Shown: in pieces, positions 42,633 to 55,595 of the stretch
Numbering within the stretch: position 1 is the first letter of the stretch
How the letters are laid out: every line of letters begins with the position of its first letter
Source of the DNA: Eledone cirrhosa
Taxonomy: Eukaryota
Length of the DNA: 64,000 nt
NCBI GenBank assembly: GCA_964016885.1
Contig: OZ024741.1
Coordinates: 199,392,001 to 199,456,000, forward strand
Direction: 5' to 3'
Made by a program: the position numbers and the translations under genes
Notes under the pieces: generated by a model
What the model was told of the DNA's origin: nothing
The model's database searches: none
What the model saw: the letters and a program-made list of their open reading frames with translations, nothing else

Positions 42633-42636
<4 letters not shown>
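42277..42636 (-). mobile_element. Second copy of the 3.7-kb Penelope-like fold-back family
   Basis: Same tail and arms; inverted arms 42360-42451/42545-42636; flanked by (TA)n. Confidence 0.78.
42529..42593 (+). ncRNA. Minimal hammerhead ribozyme motif
   Basis: TATTTTAT-CTGATGA(42537-42543)-AAGCACACCA..TGGTGTCCTT-GAAA(42574-42577)-TATGTA-TA-ATGAAATA. Confidence 0.8.
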
Positions 42637-42678
<42 letters not shown>

Positions 42679-42889
42679 TTTCTGAATTTGTTTAGCAAGA
42701 TTCTTTATCTGAAATCGTGTGTTGAAACCGATATTGTTATACTTTGGGAGGGTCATGTTGCCAATAAGAAACACACGCACCAGTTGCTTTCACTTCAATT
42801 TAATTTAATATATATTTATAAATTTACAAATTTATAAATTTCTGGTTGGTTGGTTGGTTCCACAACCAGATAGTTGTTTATATATATAT

Positions 42890-42934
42890 AGTCATAGTTC
42901 TTTCGTCACACACTCTGTGACCTCTTCAGTGACT
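42890..42934 (-). ncRNA. Minimal hammerhead motif (left arm)
   Basis: Reverse complement of 43051-43095. Confidence 0.7.
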
Positions 42935-43050
42935 GGGGATTTCTTTCTTCGTTTCTGTGCCTTTCCTTTCTTCTATCCTACGCCATTTTGTTTGTAAAAT
43001 GGCGTAGGATAGAAGAAAGGAAAGGCACAGAAACGAAGAAAGAAATCCCC

Positions 43051-43095
43051 AGTCACTGAAGAGGTCACAGAGTGTGTGACGAAAGAACTATGACT
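43051..43095 (+). ncRNA. Minimal hammerhead motif (right arm)
   Basis: AGTCA-CTGAAGA-g-GTCACA-gagtg-TGTGAC-GAAA-GAAC-TA-TGACT. Confidence 0.72.
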
Positions 43096-43281
43096 ATATA
43101 TATATAAACAACTATCTGGTTGTGGAACCAACCAACCAACCAGAAATTTATAAATTTGTAAATTTATAAATATATATTAAATTAAATTGAAGTGAAAGCA
43201 ACTGGTGCGTGTGTTTCTTATTGGCAACATGACCCTCCCAAAGTATAACAATATATATATATATATATATATATAAACAAA

Positions 43282-43374
43282 CAGGGTGTCCCAAAAGATG
43301 TATTCACATTTTGATTACCTGTACAGGCAATATTTATTAGAATATTGTGTATACATTTTGGGGGGGACACCCTT
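43282..43374. mobile_element. Tiny Tc1/mariner-like MITE
   Basis: TIRs AGGGTGTCCC.AAA..ATGTAT/ATACATTTTG..GGGACACCCT. Confidence 0.6.
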
Positions 43375-43639
43375 TATATTTTTGTTAACAAAACTAGTAA
43401 AAGAAAGATTCAAATAAAAGTGAGAGACTATGATGGGAGTGACTGTGATAAGAGCAGGAGGAGAGACAATAACGATAGCTGTTTGTTTGCTACTAAGGTA
43501 TATCAGGTCATGGATAGGAATAGTGATAGGCCATGGTAAGAGTTTTGGATGGGAATAATGAGTAATTAGGGCAAGAAACAAGAGAGTGATAGCTATTATT
43601 ACAGAAGGGTCATAGTAAGGAGTGTCAGATACTATTTGA

Positions 43640-44370
43640 TCCTTGATACAAAGTACTTTGTGTTCCATCAATGATGCATACTATCATTACACATTCAGTG
43701 AAGCATGGTCTCTTAAAATCTTTTTAGTCTTAACATATCTGCAGCACATAAATCCCATGTCTTACTATCATTCAATATTGCACACAAAGATTATATAATC
43801 TGCCCATTACTCAGTGAGAAAACCTTTATTACTTTCGAGATGTGGGAGGGGGGGGGGGGGGGTCTTACTGAACTTTTTCTAGCCTGTCCTTACTCTGACT
43901 ACCATGTTTTCAAGTTATCCACCTCCACTGCTAATTAAGTTACATAGATAAGAAAAGCTATCAATTTCTTCTAGGGAATCTTCTGGGCATTTGAAAGAAT
44001 CTATTTCAAATATATTTTAAGTGCTTACAGCTCCTGAACATGTCACATATGAAGTCTACTTTCTCCATTAGCCTACTAATGATCCCTCTACATTTCTTGT
44101 TGTTCATGAGTCCATTGTATAAAATTACTACCTACTCTTTTTCTTTATATTCAATATAGCCATTTCTTTGATAGTAATAAGACTGTTTTTTTTTTCTACA
44201 TACTAAAACTTTAGACTCAGATAAAATTTACTTTGAGGCCTCTCAATTCTAGGTTTTGCTTCCATAGCTGGATTCTCTTCAATAAATCTACTGCCAATTC
44301 AGCTATAAGAACTATCAGCATACAGGAATTCCCAAGGGCAGCTGGTCTTTAACTCCTCTGTTATGGCTGG
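43640..44370 (-). mobile_element. Degenerate RTE LINE fragment
   Basis: Minus strand CPWEFLYADSS and IDSFSYL remnants similar to the other RTE copies. Confidence 0.7.
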
Positions 44371-45897
44371 TGGGCAACTCTGGGTGTCTCAGACAGTACT
44401 TGGTAACTTGCAGCCATCTTTCTGCTTTCTTATTGGTTAATTGGATGAGGCCACCATAGATATGTGTATAACTCACTTTCTGCATCCTGTTATCACAATC
44501 TGAAACACATTCAAATAATTCACAAAATATGAAGTTCCCAAGGTCATTGTAGATATATGATGTCTGAAAATTCTGACTAGAACATATTCAAACTTACATA
44601 ACCAGTGTTTGAATTCCGAAGAAACTGAAGCCAATTGAGAAAGTGTTGTATTGAGTCTTTCAAGAATAAAACTGACATAAGAGGCAACAATAAGATATTC
44701 ACTTAGAAAAGAATTCAGTCAGTGGATAATGCTATTGTTCTAAAGCTGGCTTAACTTTTAACATTCTGTACTATGTGAAATTGCATTAACAAGGCATTCA
44801 CAAAAAGTACCATGATTATCACATCAAAATTAAAATTTCTATTTTACTCTAATATTGCAAATTTCACAATAATCTATCCACTAGTAAACATACTATAAAC
44901 ATTTGAATTTAGAAACCTGTCTTTAGATATTCTCTGCTAAATCATTATAGGATGTTAAAAGTTAAATATGAATGGACAGTTGCCTACCACATGATATATC
45001 AATTATTGGAATAACAGAGAACTCCAACAATGTGTGCGTGCATATGTGTGCATGTGTGTGTTATGTAATACAGAATTCAAAATGCATTACACTAAACAAT
45101 AAACTAATATACTACAAAAACAGTAATATTAAAACCCATTTTATCTACAACAAATCACAAACATATAAACCCACAAACTCCAGGTAGTGAACCTTGTAAA
45201 CTTTATGACTGTTAATTTCCTAATGACACATGTTGGCTGAGCATGCATTTACAAACTAGGAGTAATTGCAATGCACTATGCCTTGCAACATCATTATCAT
45301 CATCATCATCATCATCATCATCACTGTTTAACAATTATTTTCTATGCGTGTATGGGTTTTGTGGGTTGGCATGTTATGAGGCTAGACAGGACAGGTGATC
45401 ACATCTTGCTCTTACACTTCTCTTTTGGCTTAATCTTCTATGGTTGGATGCTCTTCCTAAAACCAACCACCTTACAGAGTGAATTGGGTGATTTTTGTCA
45501 TGGCAAAGGCACTACCACCTTGTAGGTAATATGATAGAAATGGTACAATGAACAAAATAGTCCAGTCCACCCCATGTAACAAAATTAGATAGGAAAACCT
45601 TAGTGGATAACACGTTTATATTGTACAGAATTTCTTCCCATCTAGCATCCAAACATTAATTTCCAGCAGGAAAGTCTACACCAATCACATTGGCCCTGCT
45701 TAATATAAAGAGACAACAACAAATATCAATATCATTTCATTCTCAAGACGAGACAATGAAGGTCTAGAATTGTTGATGCTGGATTTAAGAACTTTACAGT
45801 TCCAAACAAACTAAAAGAATCTCCTACAAAAATATGAAATGATACTTGATGAGAAAATGTAACTAGAACATAGTCATATACTCTATACAATGCACGT

Positions 45898-46001
<104 letters not shown>

Positions 46002-46337
46002 ATACTTGGGGAGGGTTATATTGTTGTAATAATATTGCCAGAAATAATAACAGAACACACTCACTGTTTGGTTGGTTTTCGATTCTGTATCTTTTATATC
46101 TCCATAGTTAATTTATTTGGCAATCAACGTTTATCATTGATTGACCAGCAGTTAAAAATACAGATATAAATATATTTATGTAGCCTATCAAAGTTCTTTC
46201 GTTGCACATCTGCAACATTATCAGTGGTACTATTATGTTTCCCCCTGTTGTATTGTATGTCTATGCCGTTTTTATTTTATTTATTTATTTATTCCTTCTT
46301 GTGTCCGTCTCTCCGCATGCGTTTGCATGTATGTATA

Positions 46338-47036
46338 ATGTTTGATAAATATGTTTCTCAGTGCAAAAGCTCAATGGACGTTTGTCCAGGGCATCAATAA
46401 TTCAAAGTTAAAAAAATATATGTAATAATAAAAGAAATAATACTTCGGAAACGCCATATGTTTTAAGGTGGAAAAACTAAAATTTCTTACAGTGCTGTTT
46501 TATAGCTCCTAGAAACAGATTGAAAATCAATCTAGGTAATCGATCTAAGACTATGTATATTTTTTTTTTTAATTTGAATTATTGATGCTCTGGACAAACA
46601 TCCATTGAGTTTTTTCACTGAGAAACATATTCATCACACATATTGTATATATTATGATACTTTAAATTAGTATATATCTGCTCCAAATTCTTAATTTGTT
46701 GAGCTGCTAGTGCTATGACTGGTACAGCACACCTATTTCTAGGGGATGGGATGTCTAGTCCTATTTATATCTGCTGTCACTGTTAAATATAAATTCACCC
46801 CATGCGGTCTGAATATGTCATATAAAGGTATTTTGTATTTTATTGATCTCATAACCAGACAATTTTCCTCTGATGATTAATTTCACGACTCCCGGAGTTG
46901 TACCGAAATCAATATGTGGTAATCGATAATCAATTACTTAGTTCAATTTTCAATCCGGTTCTAGGAGCTATGAAACAGCACTGTAAGGAATTTTAGTTTT
47001 TCCACCTTAAAATATGTGGTGTTTCCAAAATATTAT
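46338..47036. repeat. Two interleaved imperfect inverted repeats with a hammerhead-like motif (46865-46990)
   Basis: A 46338-46418 / A' 46557-46641; B 46437-46544 / B' 46929-47036. Confidence 0.8.
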
Positions 47037-47308
47037 GTTTTATATATATGTATAGAAAACAATAAGTTTCTCTAATGATATATGACTATATAGATATATT
47101 TTGAATTTGAATTATATATATATATATATTTCATAGAAGTGTAAGGAATTCAAATGCATAAATAACTGTAAAACAACTGGCTGCTATAAATGATCACAGC
47201 ATAGAGAACCTGGTATATTATGTAAAAGGTAAACAGAAATAACAACACAATCGGTGCAGTATATGGAAGGAATATATTAGGTTAACACTTGAAATAGCAG
47301 GAAGAGGG

Positions 47309-47344
47309 TCTTAACGTTTTGGACGCTAGTCCTTCATCAGAAGA
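47309..47344 (-). ncRNA. Decayed minimal hammerhead (G12 to A) of Penelope type
   Basis: TCTT-CTGATGA-a-GGAC-TAGC-GTCC-AAAA-CG-TT-AAGA; a more decayed homologue is at about 38009-38057(+). Confidence 0.5.
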
Positions 47345-47541
47345 AAGAATGAGAAATAAGATAAATTGAAGGGATGGGCGGGGTGGAATTGGAAAGAAAT
47401 GTCTTTAGATAAAAATAACAGGTCCATTCATGTTGACATCTCTTGGAAAACTGTTGATGCTGGCATTTTGTGTATGATATATTTGTTTAGAAATGTGGAT
47501 GATGGAGTGCGTCTTTCTCTCTCTCTTCCTCTTTCTCCCCC

Positions 47542-47592
<51 letters not shown>

Positions 47593-47604
47593 TCTTTCTC
47601 CCCC

Positions 47605-47707
<103 letters not shown>

Positions 47708-48830
47708 TGTGTGTCTTCACTTTGCATTGGATATTTTTACCGTCTGATGGTAAGTAAGGGTTAGGATCTAAAAAGGCCTCAGGATGTAGAATACTGCCTT
47801 AAAATATCTCTTCTAACCCATACCACCATAGAATTGTGGATGTGAAACTAAAGTTGAGAATGAACAATATACTACTATTCCCAATATTGCTTTTGCAATG
47901 TCTGCTGATAGGTTTGGTACATTTGAATATGAGGAAAGTCTCATGAGAGAGAGAATGACACTTAATGGTAGTGTTACAGTATTGAATATGGATGCATATG
48001 TTGGACACCTATAAATATGAGTAATTGTGAGAGTGTTATATATCAGTGGAGTAAGAATGATGGTTATTGGTAGAGGCTGATTTTACTGAATATGGACATA
48101 TTTGATACCATCCCTTGCTACACAGAATTCATAATAGGAGTTATGTATAGTGTGAGAGGGTTGATGGTGAGAAAGATTAGACTGATAATGATAATAAGCA
48201 TTGCTGAATATCAACAGATAAAATACTCTCCTTTGTTATTCAGTTGTCATGGTACTTTTAATAGGATAGAGATTGACAGATGGGAGGATAGTGAGTTGGA
48301 CAGCAGACAGAGATTTAACAAGAGTGTATTGGGTGAGAGACCCAATAATATGATGCGTAGCCCAACTTCAATCATCACCACCATATTAATGATTGTTTTG
48401 CCATGCTTACACTGGATGTCAGTTTTCTCCAATACTATGTGTTGTCAGACATCACAATCTTTTGTCAGCTCCTTCATAAGATTTAGTTTCTTGAAGCCAG
48501 TCTTTACCATGATATCCCGTGTATCATGTGGCTTTCCTCTTCTACAGTTTCAACCACTTCTTACAGCTCACATCCTCCATTCCTAGCACATGCCTGTACC
48601 AGTTCAGTATTCTTTCTTACACACTAAATCTGATTCCACTTGCATCCAACTTTTCTCTTAGCTCATTGGTGGTGCTTTGTTCATCCAGCAGAGTTCATGT
48701 CCGTGTGTGTATTTGGACAGTTCATATACCTACACTAAATAGAGTTTCCCCAAGACAACATCTAAAGTAATAAGGTTTTATGTAACAATTCCAATGCTAT
48801 ACAGGCTATCAATAAGGCAACAGACTCTCA

Positions 48831-48866
<36 letters not shown>

Positions 48867-49167
48867 AAGTATTAAGGTGCAAATTAATTGCATCCATAGG
48901 CGGTATGCTGAATGACCACTCGATGCTCTTGGGGAGCAGAGTGTCAATAGTATTAATATATGTATATGATGCAATACTGGTTCTTTGTTCCTTAGATATT
49001 AATACTATATATATATATATGTATGTATTTGTGAGTGAATAATAATATTATTAATATTCGGTTTGTTTGCAAGCAATTAACCTCATAAACACCACGTGGT
49101 AGAGATGACAATTAGTCATATTAGGATATTATTATAATATTATTATTATTCAATCACAAATACATTT

Positions 49168-51188
49168 AGCGGTGGGAGTAGGGAAGGATACACAGCCGCT
49201 AGGAGAGAAGCTAGACGTCGGGTGTACTTAGCACGCAGTGAGGCTGAGAGTAGGAGGTTTGCCAATGTTCTGCAACGGGAAGATCAGAGACGTGCAGTGT
49301 TCCACATTGCAAGGCAGTGTGTCAGTGCAAATCAGGATGTTGCTGGAGATAAATGTGTCCGGAATGATGCCGGTGTACTTAGTGTCATGAATGATAAAAA
49401 AACGGAGGCCTGGAAATGTGACTATGAGAGACTGATGAATGTGGAGAACGAATGGCACAGAGAGAAATTACCCCCAGTAGACCCAACAGAGGGACCAGCT
49501 ATTGATATTGACGAATATAGGGTACAAGAGGTAATTAAGGAAATGAAGAATGGTAAGGCTGCTGGACCGTCGCGGATAGTTGCTGAGATGAAGGCATCAG
49601 GAGAAGTAGGCACTAAACTAGTTGTACGCATCATCAATCAAGCTATATATGGTGGTGTCCTACCCAAAGACTGGTACAGCAGTATTCTCATAAATTGCTA
49701 CAAAGGTAAAGGGGATGCTCTAGAGAGGAGCAATTATAGGGGCATAAAGCTGATGGATCAGGTTATGAAAGTGGCAGAGAGAATATTAGCGCAACTAATT
49801 AGAGAAAGGGTCAAACTAGATGAGATGCAGTTTGGTTTTGTGCCTGGGAAAAGTACAACCGATGCCCTCTTCTTAGTGAGGCAACTACAAGAGAAGTTCT
49901 TAGAGAAGAATAAGCCACTATACTTAGCTTTTGTCGACTTAGAGAAGGCCTTTGATAGAGTACGCCGATCTGTCATCTGGTGGTCCCTAAGGAAACTAGG
50001 TGTAGAAGAATGGCTTGTGAGGGCAGTGCAAGCTATGTACAGGGGTGCTGTCAGTAAAGTGAGAGTAGGTATGGAGTTTAGTGGGGAATTCCAGATACAA
50101 GTAGGTGTTCATCAGGGTTCGGTCCACAGCCCGCTCTTGCTGATTATAGTCCTCCAAGCCATAACAGAGGAGTTTAAGGCTGGCTGTCCATGGGAACTTC
50201 TTTATGCTGACGATCTGGTTCTTATAGCAGAATCAGTAGAGGAGCTAGAGAATAAATTCTGGCTATGGAAACAGCAGTTGGAATCAAGAGGACTGAGAGT
50301 GAACCTAGCTAAGACAAAAGTGTTGATAAGTAGAAAAGAGGACAAAACTCTGATTCCATCAGGGAAATGGCCATGTTCGATTTGTAGAAAAGGAATTGGC
50401 TTAAATTCTATAAAATGTACACAATGCAGATCTTGGGTACACAAGAGATGTAGTGGGATAGCAGGCAAACTAAGAGCTAGGGAAAACTATGTATGCAGTA
50501 GATGTACGTATGCAGTAGAAATTTGACAGTAGTAATCGCAGTGATAGACACATTTTTCAAATGCAGGTGGTTTCTATAGAGGTGGTTGATAACTTCCGGT
50601 ACCTAGGTGATCAGATTAGCATGGGAGGCAGGTGTTCCAAGGCCATAGTATCTAAAATAAGGACGGGTTGGAAGAAGTTTAGGGAGCTGCTTCCTTTGTT
50701 GACAAAGAAGGGTTTCTCCCTGCGTACGAAAGGATGGTTATATGATGCCTGTGTGAGATGTGCGATGCTGCATGGTCGTGAGACAGGGGCAGTAACTACG
50801 GAAGATATGCGACAGCTGGAGAAAAATGAAGCAAGTATGTTCCGTTGGATGTGCAATGTCAATGTGTGTGAACAACCAAGCATAGACGAGTTGAGAAAGA
50901 AACTGGGTATAAGAGGGATAAGTTGTGGTGTGCGGGAGAGAAGGTTGAGATGCTATGGACATGTGATGCACATGGAGGATGACCGCCGGGTAAAGAAGTG
51001 CCAAGAAATCCCAGTAGAAGGAAGACGCAGTAGAGGTAGCCTACGTAAAACATGGGCGGACGTAGTTAGAGCAGACCTCAGATCGCTGAAATTCACCGAG
51101 GAGATGACGAAGGACCGTGACAAGTGGAGAGATGCTGTGCTGAATAGGACCCGTCCAACCCTTGCAAGCAGGGAAAAGCGGACGTAAA

Positions 51189-51220
<32 letters not shown>
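49168..51220 (+). mobile_element. Young 5'-truncated RTE LINE (RT, PHD-like finger, C-terminus, (GAT)n tail)
   Basis: ORF 49222..50526 with QFGFVPG, AFVDLEKAFD, GVHQGS, LLYADDL; after one break, ORF 50561..51187 with FRYLG and RLRCYGHV; endonuclease missing. Confidence 0.96.
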
Positions 51221-51434
51221 CGTTTAATCCTAGCACAAGGCCGGAATCATCGGAGTTAATAACAAAAGTTAAATGCAAATATACTTACCTTATATAAATG
51301 TTAATGCTTGCGTTTATCTAACCTCCCATATTATGTATCCTCCAAATGTTTTTGTAACAAAGTTTTAATCTTATATTTGTGTTTAACTTTTGTTATTAAC
51401 GATGAATCCGGCCTTCTGCTAGGATGAAACGATC
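51218..51434. repeat. Imperfect inverted repeat / MITE-like unit with about 65-bp arms
   Basis: 51218-51283 versus 51372-51434. Confidence 0.8.
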
Positions 51435-51903
51435 GTTAGTTGTTTTAAAGATTAAACACACTTTGATTATTATTTACATTGTGTATATACATATATATAT
51501 AGAGAGAGAGAGAGGTGGTGGGGGGGGGGGGAGATAGTCATAAAACAGTGGTGATGATGATATACATATATATATATATATATATAAATATATGTATATC
51601 ATCATCGTTTGATATCCATTTTACATGTTAGCATGGGTTAAACATACTGTCCCAATGTGAGACAAACCAGGTCATGGGACCATGTTTTGCTTATACAGAA
51701 CTGATTTGGGCTTGGTTTCTATGGCTGGATGCCCTTCCTAAGGCCAACCACATTTACAATGTGCACTGGGTGCTTTTTCTCATGGCACCTACCCGACCAC
51801 TTCCCAGTGTGGACTGAGCACTTTTTGTAATGTCACCTACAATATATTTACATGTGTAAATATATATATATATTCATAAATATATGTGTTTATATATATA
51901 TGT

Positions 51904-51937
<34 letters not shown>

Positions 51938-51959
51938 AATGTTGTGACTCCAGGGCAAA

Positions 51960-52760
51960 GATCAAGCTGGAGTAGTCGATTGGTCTGTGGTTCAACAGTT
52001 GGAAAGGCAGGTGCATGCAGTTGGACAGCATTGTGAGTTGATGGACAGATGGACCTGTTAAACTACTTAGGGTCTAGTTCAGACGTACAGTGAACTGTAA
52101 TTAGGATGAGGTTATGAAAAGAGTAGCCTGTCTTACCCCCAAAAATGGGCTGAAAGGAAGCTCTTCCTGAAAGGTTGGACAGAAATGGCAAATGCCTACC
52201 TACATTACAGTTGTCATTGTCTACCACCTCACCATCGTACCTTGCCCCAATACCCGTCTCACCAGCTTAAAGCATCCATTCTTCTTGATGTGCAGACATG
52301 TACTGAGGCTGTAGCACTTGCAGAGATTCTTTGGCACTGAATATGTATGGTTCAAAGGGCTCATCTTTGGCACTGAATATGTATGGTTCAAAGGGCTCAT
52401 CTTTGGCACTGAATATGTATGGTTCAAAGGGCTCATCTTCGGCACTGAATATGTATGGTTCAAAGGGCTCATCTTCGGCACTGAATATGTATGGTTCAAA
52501 GGGCTCATCTTCGGCACTGAATATGTATGGTTCAAAGGGCTCATCTTCGGCACTGAATATGTATGGTTCAAAGGGCTCATCTTCGGCACTGAATATGTAT
52601 GGTTCAAAGGGCTCATCTTCGGCACTGAATATGTATGGTTCAAAGGGCTCATCTTCCCACAGCTTGTCTCTTTGACTGAGCTGCAATCCTGGATCAAGCG
52701 AAGACCGAGATTAAATGACTAGCATCTAGAATGTTGTCAGTTACTCACCGCCTTTTACCA
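51960..52760 (+). mobile_element. Tx1/L1-like LINE remnant
   Basis: GPVKLL..WDEV-like, RKLFLKGWTEMANAY, VIVYHLTIVPCP segments resemble Tx1/L1 post-RT motifs; heavily decayed. Confidence 0.55.
52329..52656. repeat. 36-bp minisatellite x9
   Basis: CTTYGGCACTGAATATGTATGGTTCAAAGGGCTCAT head-to-tail; units 1-3 have T and units 4-9 have C at position 4. Confidence 0.98.
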
Positions 52761-54516
52761 GTCAGACAATATGATCAGTGGAAGTTCCACCCAGTTTATA
52801 GAGGACTAGTGAGAGGAAGAGTGACAATGATTTCAGGGAGGTTCTGAGTAATTCTATGCATGCAGGTATTTTATTTTTTCCTCATCCAATTTCTATTTAT
52901 GTTATTTGTCTTTGTAATGTCCCCAATTTGGCACCCTTGTGGCAAATCATCATCATCATTATGATCTAAAATTCAAATTTTTATTCTTTGCAATGCTTCC
53001 ACATTCCTAGAATTACACTTGTATTTTCTCATAACTCACTCTTGAATTTTTTTATTCCTCTACTTGACCTTAAAATTCACTCATGCTCACCATGCTTTAC
53101 CATCTCTGTCTTCCTATCCTCTTGCATTCAAATCTTTTGTTATTCTTCAACTTTATTGTCTCCTCATAACCTTTCCTACTTCTTCCACCTTATATTTTGG
53201 AACCCTTACAGTTTGGCATCATTTTAGTTTATAATTGATCTTTTTCTTGCTACTTCATGGCATTAAGAAATGGTCATTTTTATCCAATGATTATCTATGT
53301 TATCTTATTGATCTCCCATGTCTCCTCAGATTCTGCTAGCCATCCTCTATTTCTTGAATTTATTTTATTCATCCCTTTCCTTTTCCTTCTATTTTTTTTT
53401 TACCTTTTCTTGCAAAATAATATTTTCAGTTGACAGTTGCATTCACTGTGGCACCTGAACTCAATGCATAACACCAACAGTCTGCCTTTACATCTATTGA
53501 TTACACTTTCTATATTGATCACTTTACTCCTTCTTCTCATCTTCCTCATTCTTCTGTCTTTCTCTCTATCTCTCCTTCCTCTTTCTTGTGTTTGCTTAAC
53601 TTAATCACTCTTCCTATAGCAGTAGTTTTCTTAACTGATAATGGCATAGAGACTTTTTTATTTCCTTTTCATTGAAAGAAAGGTATTTTAAAATGAATTC
53701 GATATATTTTCTTAATCAATAACAGATTATTTTTGAATTTCCCTTTTCTAACTTTCCTTATCCCCTTACCCTCTTCCTTACCTTCTTGCATTTTATTTCA
53801 ACCTCATTGTTTTAGGTCTAAAATTTGTTCAAATTATTTATTATTTCCTGAATAAAAAACAGAAATCTTATTTTTGGTCCATATTTCTTCTTTCTTCGGT
53901 GATATTGATAAAAACACACGCATTAAACTCCTTAAGAATAGCTGTTTTCTTTCCAGGAAAATTCTCCTCTCACTAAAGCTGTTTGGTCAGAATTTACTGA
54001 TTGAATTTCCTCCTTCAAACTGTAAACTATTATTATAATATTGAATTTTTTTCTGCAAATATTACCTCTGCATTAGATTCACTTTGGTTTTATATCTTCC
54101 TTATGAGTGAGAGAGCAAAAGCCACTGAAAATGTTACTATTTTCGTTTTCTTTCCAAATATAGGTTATTACAGCCTGTAAATGTGATCAAACTGAAAGGA
54201 CGTTCCAAAATTATACTGTACTATATCTCCTATTATAGTTTCTTGGAAACACGCTTCTCTCTTCAGTACAGTGAAACTTAATTTTCTTTAAATAACAATA
54301 TAATTTAATCATGATAATTTCCATCAAATTTCATAAATTAGCTGATAGTGGAAAAATAAATTTCAACTGTTTGCTGCTATTAATCTATTTTGTTTTGTCT
54401 GGTTTATGGCCTAACTACTCTTTTATTAAATTATTGTTCTGACAGTTTGGCTTTAATATTACAGCACATGGAAGAAAATATTTTTTTTACTATAAACAAT
54501 ACGTGAATAAATAAAG

Positions 54517-55080
54517 ATGGCTATCATCATGATAGTGATGGTGATGGTGATGGTGATGGTTAACATCCTGGTGGTGGTGATGGTGATGGCTATCATCATG
54601 ATAGTGATAGTGATGGCTATCATCCTAATGGTGATGGTGATGGCTATTATCATGATAGTGATGGTGATGACTATCATCATGATAATGATGGTGATGGCTA
54701 TCATCATGATAGTGGTGGTGATAGCTATCATCCTGATGGTGGTGGTGATGGTGATGACTATCATCCTGATGGTGATGGTGATGGTTTTCCTAATGACAGT
54801 ACTGATGGTGATGGTGATAGCTATCATCATGATGGTGAATGATAGTGATGCTTTATAAATGATGGTGATGGCCACCTTTATGATGGTAGTGATGGGGGTT
54901 GGTAATGGTGATTGTGATGATTATAAATGATGGTGATGGCTATTATCATGCTGGTGAGGCTTAGAAATGATGATGATGGTTATCCTAAAGGATGATAGCT
55001 ATCATCATAATGGTTAGTAATGATTATAAATAAGGATGATGACTGTCATTGTGATGGTGGTGATGATGACTATGACGATA
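54517..55080. repeat. Degenerate (GAT/GGT)n trinucleotide-derived repeat
   Basis: Directly visible; recurring GCTATCATC..GAT units. Confidence 0.92.
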
Positions 55081-55179
55081 TTGGTTATGTTAAGTCAACC
55101 TTAACTCTTTCATTTCAGATGTCTCTTGACCAATGATTTTGTGAGTGTTTATATACACCGCATAATTTGGTGACAAACC

Positions 55180-55595
55180 AAGGGTAGTGGATTGGCAGAG
55201 CATCAAACCAATGCTTAGTAGTATTTGTTCTGGTTCTTTACATTCTGAGTGCAAATCTTTCCAAGGTCAATTTTTGCCTTTCGTCCTTCTGAGGTTGATA
55301 AAATGAATCACCAGTCAAGTATTGAGGGTTAATATAATAGTTTTTCTCTTCCCCTTAAAATTGATGGCCTTGTGCCGAAATTGAAACCATTATTTAATAA
55401 CAAAGGGCGGTGGATTGGCAGTATCGGTAGAGGGTCGGACGCCAGGCTTTCCAGCATAGTTACGTCCCTTTACGATCTGAGTTCAAATCCCGCCGAGGTT
55501 GACTTTGCCTTTCATCTTTACGGGGTCGATAAAATAAAGTACCAGTAATACACTGGGTAATTGCTGGCCTTGTGCCTAAAGTAGAAACAATTATT
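55180..55595 (+). mobile_element. Two tandem Meta-domain SINEs
   Basis: Two head-to-tail copies of the 4918 family. Confidence 0.85.

Larger units (their letters stand above)
42677..43254 (-). mobile_element. Penelope-like fold-back unit of a second family: 259-bp inverted arms, 6-nt loop, 54-bp tail, in (TA)n
   Basis: 42731-42989 is the reverse complement of 42996-43254; a hammerhead motif lies in each arm; a related end sequence is at about 45994-46100. Confidence 0.78.

Noticed and set aside
52329-52656. CRISPR-like 36-bp repeats
   Set aside because: Units are contiguous with no spacers, there are no cas genes, and the context is eukaryotic
54225-54270. Minus-strand CTGAAGA..GAAACTATAATAG
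   Set aside because: Lacks UH and a stem I partner
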